Assembly: GCF_963676685.1 (NCBI RefSeq)
Contig: NC_092346.1
Coordinates: 86,552,001 to 86,616,000, forward strand
Length of the DNA: 64,000 nucleotides
Reading direction: 5' to 3'
Origin: Mytilus edulis
Lineage: Eukaryota
The translations under genes were made by a program, and so were the position numbers. The stretch's first letter is position 1; every line of letters begins with the position of its first letter. This document shows positions 50,576 to 61,199 of this stretch, piece by piece. The notes below the pieces were generated by a model. The model was not told where the DNA came from. It worked only from the letters and a program-made list of their open reading frames with translations, and made no database searches.

Positions 50576-52570
50576 TTACTCTGACTTATTATTTGTGTGT
50601 AGTGGTACCAACACACCAGACAGGTTTACCAGACAACCACATACAAAAACAATATTGTCAACTACATCACTTAAAATCAATGGAATTGGTCCTTGCAAGA
50701 TTTTAAAATCTTTCATTCGTCCAATAACACGCTCAACATGAATCCGAGCATTTGAAATTTCAGTATTGCTGATATTTTTGGATTCCCTAAACTGAATGTT
50801 TTTTCTTGCAAATGCTGGAATTATTAGTTCAACATCTCCTAGTAGAAAGTCATCTTTATTATTAAGCCCTTATCTGCCATAACTTTATCACCTTCTTCAA
50901 ATAAATCTAAAATGCCACATCTTCTAACAAGTTCAACATCTGACATGTCACCACCTGTTGCATGAGATACAAATGAGACTGTACCCCCTGGAGTACATGC
51001 AACTAAAACTTTGTATGTGTGTCTGGACTTGTAGTTAGAATATAAAGCAGAATTAGTGCTGTCCAAGGATGGCCTCTCTGTCTGTACCTCTGTGCAATCA
51101 ATAATTGCCGTTACTTTTCCGTATTTAGAATAACAATCAGGATAATATTGATCCAATTGATCCCGTGTTGGCCAATGAATAAGCGGTCTTAACTCTAGGG
51201 CAAGAAGAGAAATCCAAGTAGTGATAATTAATGAAACTAGTGAGCTAGAAACATTAAACAAAGAGGCCATAAATTCCTGGTTCAAATTTAACCTTAATTT
51301 CATTAGAGTCATCAACAGTTCATCTTCTAAGGATAATTTGCGCTTTGGTCCAGGCTTTTTAGCATTATTTTCTTGGTAACTTGTTGTCTCATGAGAATCC
51401 TCACCTTTGTAATACTTCATATTTGAAGCTGGTACACTAACTTCATCAAGTAACCAACAAAATAAAGAATATGACGCTAATCCTGTATGTAGCCTTATAA
51501 GATTATCCGAATGTTTAATGCTGATTATACCAAATGAATTTTTTTTTCAAGATCCTTAATTTTTTCTTTTGCACTGGAAAGCTGATGGTCTTTTTCAGCC
51601 AGCTGGATTTTCAGGAATTGTATTTCTGCACTCAGACTTTCTTTTGATATTTCATTCTCATCAATTATATCATCAGATATATTACATGTACTTGAATCCG
51701 TACATATATTTGTTGTCAGACTAACATTTTCCGAGTCTACAAGTTCTGAAAGTTTTTTCCTGCTTTTTGAAGCCACAGGTTTTGAATGCACTTCAGTGTT
51801 TCTCATTAGAAGCCGTCTAGGAGTTGTTATTTCATACCCTTTCATATGAAGTTTGGGATGTGGTGCTAACTCACGTGGCTGACCATATTCAAAATGATTT
51901 GAACACACTCGTGTATTTTTGTTCACTTCATAGTTGTCCCTGTTAAGTAATTTGCTCCACTTTTTGTACCATTCTTCTTTTGGACATTTGTGTAGCTTTA
52001 TTGATGCGTTTGAACCGAGATGTTCTTTCACATGGGGCATTACCAAAAACCTGAAAAAAGAAGGCTAAGTCAGGGTGGGGCCACTAAGCAATCTGCCCTC
52101 TTTGCAACCAGCTGATATTGATTAAAGCCTAGGGAAGGAATCGAACCTTCGTACCCTGACCAAGCCCTCTTATTTTTCAGAAATTTACAAATAAGTTTAG
52201 ATACAAATGTAAATATAGTTTATTTTTAAGGAAGAAACATGGGGATCCACGGTAACACATATAAGGAAACACTGAAATAAGTAAAAAAACGTTAGTTCTG
52301 ACGAATCTGTAAAATAATTTTTAGTCTGTGATTCCTTTACTAGCCAACGAAAAAGAACTATCAGCCAGAGTTATTCAGATCTATAGAAAACACAACCTCG
52401 AATCACACTTGAATTTCTTCTCATTTCTAAATGAAATTAAGTGTAATTTGCAACTCAATCTATCTCTAAATGTTTAATTACTTGAAATTAAAATATCATG
52501 CTTTATTATATTACCTGTCCTGCTGATCGTAATCATTATTGCATCCGTAAACTGCACACCTATGCGACAT
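50576..52570 (-). pseudogene. THAP + HTH + DDE_Tnp_4 (Harbinger/ISL2EU-type) transposase of element no.1, with two frameshifts
   Basis: Exon 52570-52515 (MSHRCAVYGC) splices to 52050 (..RVCSNHF). DDE triad IIDCTE / MADKG / HVERVIG. Frameshifts in an A-run near 51545 and near 50865; the first could be a homopolymer assembly error. Confidence 0.88.
52054..52167 (-). ncRNA. Putative structured small RNA (Y-RNA/YrlA-like permuted tRNA mimic) in the transposase intron
   Basis: 14-bp closing stem GGCTTGGTCAGGGT/ACCCTGACTTAGCC, perfect T-arm GAAGG-TTCGATT-CCTTC (B box), internal hairpin, A-box-like GCTTAGTGG downstream, then TTCTTTTTT. Folded by eye; expression unknown. Confidence 0.45.
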
Positions 52571-52601
52571 AGTTTTAGGCAAAATGGCGCTAGAGTAAAC
52601 A

Positions 52602-52623
52602 ACGCAAACTGTCCCACAATGCA
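52602..52623. promoter_or_regulatory. Subterminal inverted repeat containing a ZNF143/Staf-like motif, 32 bp upstream of the transposase ATG
   Basis: TCCCACAATGCA, with a YY1-like AAAATGGCG at 52581-52589. Confidence 0.5.
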
Positions 52624-52794
52624 TTTCGGCGTCAGCCATCAATGATCCATGAAGAGATCTATGGCTGGTGGTCACTAAAATAGTCGACTTTCATATTATA
52701 TTTGATGTAAGCGGTTATGCGTAACGTAAGCGGCCTACGTCACGTGATACCCGACAAGTTTTTTTCCGCGAAAATATAAACAAAGTAAAAAAGA

Positions 52795-55660
52795 ATGGTA
52801 AAACGTTGTGTTTGGGGAACCTGCAACAGCGATGACAGATATAAGCATAAACCTCATATGTCAGGAGTGGAATTCTTTCCTATACCTAAGCCTAAAACAA
52901 GATTGGAAGAAACTTTACAGTGGGTAAAAGCTTGTGGCAGGAAAGATTACGCCGTATCCAATGTAAACAAACATGCCTATGTGTGCAGCAAGCACTTTGT
53001 TGATGGGAGACCTACCACCCAACATCCATACCCAATCATGGCTACCCCTTTAAAGCAAACTGTGCACAAATCCAGGAAACTTCCGTTTGACAGAGCCACT
53101 GTACATATCAAAGCCAGCATAACCACGCCCACTACCAGTAAAATTGTCGATCAAGTATGGAGGGATGTTGGGGCGTATGTAACTTTAAATGGATCCAACA
53201 CATCAAAAGACCAACCTCTTCAGGCAACACCACATTTCTGTGAAGAACTTAAAGGTAATGACAGGTATAATATATATATGAAATGACAAGGCATTGACCG
53301 ATAATAAGTAATCAAACTCCGAAAAGGGGGGGGGGTGAATTCCAAGTATCATGCGCCTCTAAATTGATGTATGTGTATGCTGTCCACTTGCTCTGTTTCT
53401 TAATAATGTCTGATGACTTATTATGTCTGAATCATTTAATCAATGTTGTATACCTGCTGTGCCTTACAGATGCTGCATTGGACTACCCTATCAGTAATCA
53501 TCTAATGTTTTATGTGCATATATCCACCTATATAGTATATGTCCATATTTTTCTACAAAATATATGTCATCAGTACATTCTAAGTCTTTTGCTCAATATT
53601 AGTTGGTTTACAAATAATTTTGAAAATTGAAAATCAACCAAGTCATGCAATATATATTGAATCTTGATGTTTCAGTGGATGCAGACCATACTTACTATGC
53701 TGTAAAGAGGGGATTTCATGTACAAACTACAAGTATATCTACACAAACAGACATTACCATGGCAGAAATGGATTCTCTGACCGATAATATGATGGACACT
53801 GGTAGCATGAAGAGAAAGAATCTCATGAATGACATTATGAAAGACAACAAATCCTGCAAATTCTATACAGGTACATGTAACTTAAATTTTTAAAGATTTA
53901 AAAATGTATGGAAGCTTGATGGTATTTTATGCACATTTATAAATGGGTAATAAATTACAAATTACATTTATTCTGTATATTAACCATGAAAATAAATTAT
54001 CACCCGACCACAAAAGGCTGAATTCATTTTGCCTATGGGTCAAATTGTCTAGACTAAGTGTGCTTGACACAGTACATGCAGGTGGTATTGTTTCAATTTC
54101 TTTAAAGTTTGAGATTAAATCCTATCTGGAGACAAAAAATATAATTTGATTGCTCAAATTTGCCTTTTTTAAATTGTTGTGTCAATATTTAGACGCTTTA
54201 CCATGAGAAATAAGTATATACATTTTGTTTTCTTCATTCAAGGTGTATCACTGGCAGTATTTTGTTTCATCCTAAATTTCCTGAGGAAAAAGGCTTCATC
54301 CATGGTGTACTGGAACAGTGCAGATACATCCGAAAGGGAAAATTCTGAGGTAGAAGATATATTAAGAGGTTTATACTTTTTATTGTGTCCTTTAGCATGT
54401 TTAGTATACCAGAAAAAGCAGACGACAAAATTTTTGTTCACTTGTGTACATGTACATGTATTTATAATGTAATGTCAGTACCTTAAATCTGTTATCCAAA
54501 TACATAAAACAAAATTAATATAAGAACAGTGTAAATGGTGAAAGTATTAGGACAGTTTCTGCTTGATATTCTGGAGCATCTAGCTACATTTGTTGTAATG
54601 TCATTTGAGTTTTTAAATTTTCACCATGGAAAAACTTCGAAGTCAATGAACCAATTTTTGCATGCCTCGAGGTGCAGGTACAATGTGTAATGTTTTTCAG
54701 TCTGTGCGTATGTTTGTTCAATATTGAATTGTTTGCCAAATTGATGTTTTGACCCGGATTTCGTGTTCCACCTATTTAACATTGAAAAATGACAGCACAA
54801 GTCTCAATAACAATTGATGGTAACTGAAAACATGACTCTAGAATCAATATAGGTTTCAGATTATATGAAGAATATGCATCATCATTTATTTATTTCAGAC
54901 ACCTCGCAAAGGACCGAGAAGAATATTAGACATAAAGGAGGAATTAGCACTCACTTTGTTAAGACTAAGAAGAGGATTCGATACCAAAACTCTTGGGGAC
55001 ATGTTTGCTATATCAGAAAGCTCTGTGTGTAGAATATTTACTACTTGGCTAAATCTAATGTATCATGATTTGAAGTTTTTGGTCAGATGGCCTTCAAGAG
55101 AACAAGTTCTTAAAAAAATGCCAAAATGTTTCAAACACTTTAAGAAAACAAAATGTATTATTGATTGCACAGATTTTTTTGTACAAAAACCTAGTCTGCC
55201 ATCAGCTCAGCGAATTACATATTCTAGTTACAAACATCACAACACTTTTAAGTGTCTTGTTGGGATCACACCCAGAGGTTCATTTAGTTTTATATCCGAC
55301 TTATTTACTGGTAGCATATCTGATCGTAAAATTGTACAAGATTCTGGCTTCCTACAGAAAGTTGAGTATGGTGATGATATAATGGCAGATAGAGGCTTCC
55401 TTATTCGAGGTGACTTAGCGCTTAAAGGAGCAACTTTAAATATCCCCCCTTTCTCAATGGGAAAGCAGATGTGTGCAAATGCAACTACAAAGACACGCAG
55501 AATTGCACGTGCAAGAATTCATGTGGAAAGGGCAATAGGAAGACTGAAGAACTTTACACTTTTACAGAGAACTATTCCACTGAGAATGAAACATACATTT
55601 AATCAAGTTGTAAAAGTGTGTGCCATTTTGTGCAATCTGGACAGTCAGTTGGTTAAATAA
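52795..55660 (+). CDS. THAP + HTH + DDE_Tnp_4 transposase of ISL2EU unit no.2, 4 exons, 507 aa, apparently intact
   Basis: Exons 52795-53254, 53676-53870, 54243-54349 and 54899-55660 total 1524 nt in frame. THAP MVKRCVWGTC..VCSKHF, DHTY motif, triad IIDCTD / MADRGF / HVERAIG. Confidence 0.87.
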
Positions 55661-56312
55661 TATATAACTTATTGTTGACTTTTTATTCCATTTCTTTAAA
55701 TTACATGTATAAACAAATACATGTACATACATAGACATGATAAATAAGATGTTGACCAAAAAAAATTTTTAGGTCAAGTTTAAAAACAAAGATGATATGG
55801 TATGACGAATACCAATGAACTCTCCACAAGAGACCAAAATGACACAGAAAATAACAACTATATGTCACATAACAGACTTTAACATTGAGCAAAGTCTAAA
55901 CCGCATAGTCGGCTATAAAAGATTCTGAAATGACAATGTAAAAAATCAAATGAGAAAACTAAAACCCTATTTATGTTAAAGTTAAGTCCATTCAAAATTG
56001 AATATAAAATAGAAGATGTGGTATGACTGCCATTGAATCACAACATTCAGACAAGTATCCATACAAGAGACATTTTATTGTAGTTAAAGTACTAAGCAAT
56101 TATAGGAGACAGTACAACCTTCAACACAGAGCTTAGGCTCACCTTTATTAACAATCTATAAAGGGCACAAAAGATAACCAGTGTAAAACAAATAATAAAC
56201 TGGAATACAAAATGAAAGAGACACACTGTAAAACCTGTTTAAAAAAGATTTACTCATCAAATTGATATTATGTTAATTATTAATAAGTAACATGTACATT
56301 TTATGACAAAAT

Positions 56313-58118
56313 TCATTGACAAGATATAATTGCATTAGCCAAATGATTTCGGAAGAAAAGCTGAAACTTTTTACACATTCTTTCAAAAAACAGAGGATCA
56401 AATGTAGCACTAGCAACAGCAATTCCTTTCTTTGTGAATACAACCAAGTCTGATTTGTGGATTCCATATATACCCATTTGTCCTTGAATTTGATGGTAAT
56501 ATTCGCATTTGTCAGTTACTTGAAGTTCACCACTTGAATCTAGCACACATCCCTTTTTAATGGCAACTTCCTTAGGATTCAAGTTCTTGTCAGCAAATGG
56601 ACATTTAACTTCCACTAGATTCTCACCATGACACTTACATGAGAACAGACCATCGACAGAACATCCAACATAAGGCAACCTTGTGTAGATACGAAGTCCC
56701 TTTTTCTCTTACATACAGCCTTTGTGTTTATGTCTGTTTACACGTATGTAAAGGTCTAATGCAGCTTTCTCTTTCCTCTTCCCCCATTCCAGAGATGGTA
56801 CTTCAGAATGAGATAAATCATATTCCCCTAGTAGACTTTTCATTTACGAAGGAGGGCATTTCAAATTGTCAACAGCTCTACAGACTTTAAAAAAATTTGA
56901 CGCAGTTATTCTACCTTTCCTCAACTTAAACCAAGTATCGTTATCTGACTGATCAACAGTACAACGTTCAACGTGCAACACTTCATCTCGTTCTATCAGA
57001 ATAGTTGACAGGGTTTCTGGAGTAGCATTAGCATTAACAGCTGCTGACATCATCGACAAACTTTCACATCTATCACATGCTACGAAATCCACCTCTTCAT
57101 CCAATTCTGATGGGTCCTCTAACAAATCTAATGCCTGCAGTTCTGGTGATATCTTGAAAAAGAAAAGATGAAAATATTAATTATGCAACTGCAAATGCAC
57201 CATGGCAATTCACTATATATACATATATACTAAGTTTAGTTGGTGTAGACTTACCTATTTTAAAAATTGCATGGTCATAAAAGTATTGTCTGTAACACAG
57301 ATACTGTTTATATAATTTTTCCAGCTTTATAGAAATTATTGCAATATTTTTTTAAAAATTTATACTGAAATATGTTTGTGCCTGTCCAAATCAGGATCCT
57401 CTGCCCTTTACTCGTCTTGTATTGTTTTTTTAATAAATTTTGGAGATAAGTATGACATCCAATATCACTAAACTAGTATATATTATTGTTTAGGGGCCTG
57501 CTGAAGGACGTCTGTGAGTACAGCATTTTCTCAATGCATTGAAGACCCATTGGTGTCCTTTGGTTGTTATTTGCTTTTTGATCAGGTTGTTTTCTTTTTG
57601 ACACATTCCCCATTTCCATTCTCACTTTTATACTCTCTAACTTATTACAGGAGACATCTCATTAGGGTCTAGGTAATCTATTATTTACATTATGAAAATT
57701 TTTATGTAAATTTAATCACATACATGTAGTATTATGATAATTACTGAAATAAATTGGGTAATCAATTATTAATCAGAAAAATATTCTAAGATAATTAAAC
57801 ATCTATGAAATATGTGTTATGTTTGAATTAAAGTAATGAAATAATCACTGAAAAATTGTAAAGTTATCAAATATTATATAAATGAAATTGTTTGTTTCTA
57901 TCTTATGAGCAGTTAAATTAAGATGCTCCCAATACCATGTGAAATATGGTAAATATATTACAGTTTAGAAAATCTAAATCAAACTTACTGCTTTTAACTG
58001 TCTAGCAATGTTTAACATTTGTTCAGCTCCATAATCATCTCTGTTGTCTGAAGACCGCGGGTCAAAATCATGGGCACCATCTTGCATTCCATTGTCAGCT
58101 TGATCAGCAGTTGAATAC
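56313..58118 (-). pseudogene. YqaJ/lambda-exonuclease gene of unit no.2, 5'-truncated with two premature stops
   Basis: Exons 58118-57989 (FDPR) and 57152-56313 (WFKLRKGRITAS, CSVDG, VEVKCP, YYHQIQGQM). In-frame TAA near 56844 and 56709. No SWIM exon was seen upstream. Confidence 0.85.
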
Positions 58119-59309
58119 CTGAAAAAAAAGACAATACTTAAAATGCTTTGTTTTTATTTCATGCTTTTAGCTCAAATTTACAGAAAGATAAAATCTTGTG
58201 ACACACAAATTCTGTTGTGTGCCTATTCCAAGCCATCAGTTGTTTCTAATGATGTCAAAGTAAACTAATTTATTTTTTTTATTTCTCAATTTCAGTTTAA
58301 TATGAATATATATTCTTGTAAGGTTGTATAAGAGTTTCTCAATGCAAGTGGTGTTGCTTTCACTCAAATGAAATAAAAGTAAAAAATGATGGCTTTAAAA
58401 CAGTGTATAAATTTGAAATAGGTTTCCCGGTTTCATTTAAGATTATAACCGTTCTTTTCTGTATTTGGATACGCAAACGTCAAATTAGGAAAAATCGATT
58501 TTTTTGGCGAACAAAAAAGATGGCTATTTTTTTTTAGAACGGACAGGATAAAGGAATAGCAATAACAAGCTATTTTTTGTAATGTTTTTATGTCGTAAAG
58601 AAATTATATTGGTCACAAAATCTACAAATTTTAAAATTTAATTGTAATAAAAGCATGACAAGTTGCAAAAAATACTTTAAACGTCAATCTTTTAGCCGAT
58701 TGATTTGGCGGACTTTTTGACGTTACGGACGACTGTAGCGCCACCTAATTAATTCCCCCTGCTATTGTTGCTGATAAAGCTTGACGACAACGGACGTTTC
58801 CAAGGACTTGCTTTCCAACTGATATTATGTTATATTGTTGTATTTCGTTCGTGACGTCACATGTACATACCAAACAATGACGTCATTCAATAAATTGCGT
58901 CACGCCCGAATGACCGTACCTATTTTGAGGGAAAATATTTCTCAAGCTTACATAAATAAAAACTGACTATGTAAAAAAAAAAGTAGGGGTGTGATAAAGG
59001 GTGGTATGAGATAAAGGGTAGGGTGTGATAAAGGTATGCGATAAAGGGTGCGCTTCAAAGCTGCGCGATATGGATTAAACAGCAGGCTATTTATCAAATA
59101 TGCAAAACTACTGTATCGCATACCTTTATCACACCCCTACCCTTTATCACAAAGATGGCATATTTTGGCTTTAATATTGATTAACTTTAGTGTCTTTGCA
59201 TCGGAATTAAGCACATTTATTCTAAAACCAGTTTTTGGCATGACACGGGTTATGTTCTTCTCATATATTTCATGAGGGTATAATACTTAACCACTAACAG
59301 GAGAGATAG

Positions 59310-60200
59310 TGCCTGATATTCATATGATGAAGACATAATCTTTAAATCATTTCAATTAAGGTCTGGAGCTGGCATGTCAGTAACTGCTATTAGTCTGTTG
59401 CTATTTATGTATTATTGTCATTTTGTTTATTTTCTTTTGTTTCATATTCTGGCATCGGACTCGGACTTCTCTTTAAACGAGTTTTACTATGCGTATTGTT
59501 GTGCGCTTGTTTTTCTACATTGGTTAGAGGTATTTGGGGAGGGTTGAGATCTCAAAAAAACATGTTTTCCCCCGCTGCAATTTTGCGCCTGTCCCAAGTC
59601 AGGAGCCTCTGGCCTTTGCTAGTGTTGTATGATTTTTATTTTTAGATTCTTGTGTATAATTTGAAGTTTAGTATGACTTCCAATACTTATTGAACTAGAT
59701 ATAGGAAGATGTGGTGTGAGTGCCAATGAGACAACTCTCCATACAAATAACAATTTAAAAAGTAAACCATTATAGGTTAAAGTACGGCCTTCAACACGGA
59801 GCCTTAGCTCACACCGAACAACAAGCTATAAAGGGCCCCAAAATTACTAGTGTAAAACCATTCAAACGGGAAAACCAACGGTCTAATCTATATAAACAAA
59901 ACGAGAAACGAGAAACACGTATATATTACATAAACAAACGACAACTACTGTACATCAGATTCCTGACTTAGGACAGGTGCAAACATTTCCAGCGGGATTA
60001 AACGTTTTAATGGATCCAAACCTTCTCCCTTTTTCTGAAACAACATATTTGTTTAGGGGCCAGCTGAAGGCCTAGGACGCTTCCGGGTGCGGGAGTTTCT
60101 CGCTACATTGAAGACCCATTGGTGGCCTTCGGCTGTTGTCTGCTCTATGGTCGGGTTGTTGTCGCTGTGACACATTCCCCATTTCCATTCTCAATTTCAT
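59310..60200 (+). repeat. Family B repeat interrupted by a family A copy (about 59697-60042)
   Basis: Matches 9939-10442 on both sides of the inserted A copy. Confidence 0.85.
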
Positions 60201-61199
60201 TGATTAATTTATGTTAATACACATTTTAACAACATGTATTTCTATTATTTTTTTTTAACTAAGTAAACGATAATTGTTTGTTATTTGGTGAGTTTGTATT
60301 TAGTTCTGACAGGATATTTATTCATATCTATTTACAGAAAATATTTCACGGATAATGCAGATTTAAACAACCCACATAACTATTATAGTTAATATAGGAT
60401 TATATGTATGAAGAATACATCCGGTGCATCGGAGAAAAGTGGGCTTAAGTTTTGGGAGTTGTCCCGATTTTTGCCTTTGTTGGAATTAATTTATTACAAT
60501 GTATGAGTGACGTTGTTTACTGTAACGTCATAATCTTTCTCCCACCCTGCAGTAGAGAGAAGAAGATGTAAAAAAATCGGTTCCGTAGTTGAATCATCAA
60601 GTCATCAAGAACACAAGTCAATTTGGGTTTTTAGGTCTTGTGGTCGATTTTAATAAATAAGTCTAAAGAAGCTAAACGATCATACGATGGCTGTAGCTTA
60701 TGATTGCATAGAAACAATAACAGGGTATGGTTGCATAACATTGGGGGCTCGTACCAATATAAAATAAATCCTCCAAATTGAATACTAGTACCCTCCAAAA
60801 ATTGTAGTTATACATTGTGATGGTAATAGTATAGGGGCTTTACCACTCTGATTTGAGAGAAATCTTGAAGTCTGATATTTTAATAATATACGAAATGCTG
60901 TAACGCACAAACGAGGCATGGTCCCAGATTCTTATGCGTTATGCATTAGTTTTTCTATACCTACAGACAACTCTAATGATCTTTTTGCTGAAGGTAGGTA
61001 CACTCGATTTTGATCTTCCATCGTCTGTGAATATTTATGCAGTTTGCCAAAATTATAATCTGATAATGAGGGTCAATATTTCTGGAACTTTATTTGTGCA
61101 AGTGTAAATATGTATAAAGGTTAATGTTCTTTTCGATCTGGCATGAATTAGTTGTTCTAGTTGTTCAGACAACTCTAATTATCGTTTTGCTATATTTTA

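Larger units (their letters stand above)
38846..52660. mobile_element. ISL2EU-type (PIF/Harbinger-related) DNA transposon no.1, about 6.4 kb without the BEL insertion
   Basis: AT|AGATCTCTTTACGGAT...ATCCATGAAGAGATCT|AT (TIR 14/16, AT TSD). Subterminal 22-bp inverted repeat at 38897-38918 and 52602-52623. Encodes convergent YqaJ-nuclease and THAP-DDE transposase genes. Confidence 0.88.
52663..58118. mobile_element. ISL2EU-type unit no.2 (right end not found)
   Basis: Convergent THAP-DDE transposase and YqaJ gene. It begins AT|GGCTGGTGGTCACT directly after the TIR of element no.1. No matching right TIR was seen. Confidence 0.7.
37444..58821. mobile_element. Outer TIR-bounded composite unit (21.4 kb) enclosing two ISL2EU-like gene pairs and a BEL retrotransposon
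   Basis: CAGTTGGAAAGCAGGTC (37444-37460) matches the reverse complement of 58805-58821 at 16/17. A second perfect 17-bp inverted pair TTTATCAGCAACAATAG lies at 37477-37493 and 58762-58778. AT flanks both ends. Confidence 0.65.

Noticed and set aside
52054-52167. Canonical tRNA gene
   Set aside because: The T-arm precedes the D-like motif, and there is no anticodon arm or open acceptor stem. It is reported only as a putative mimic.
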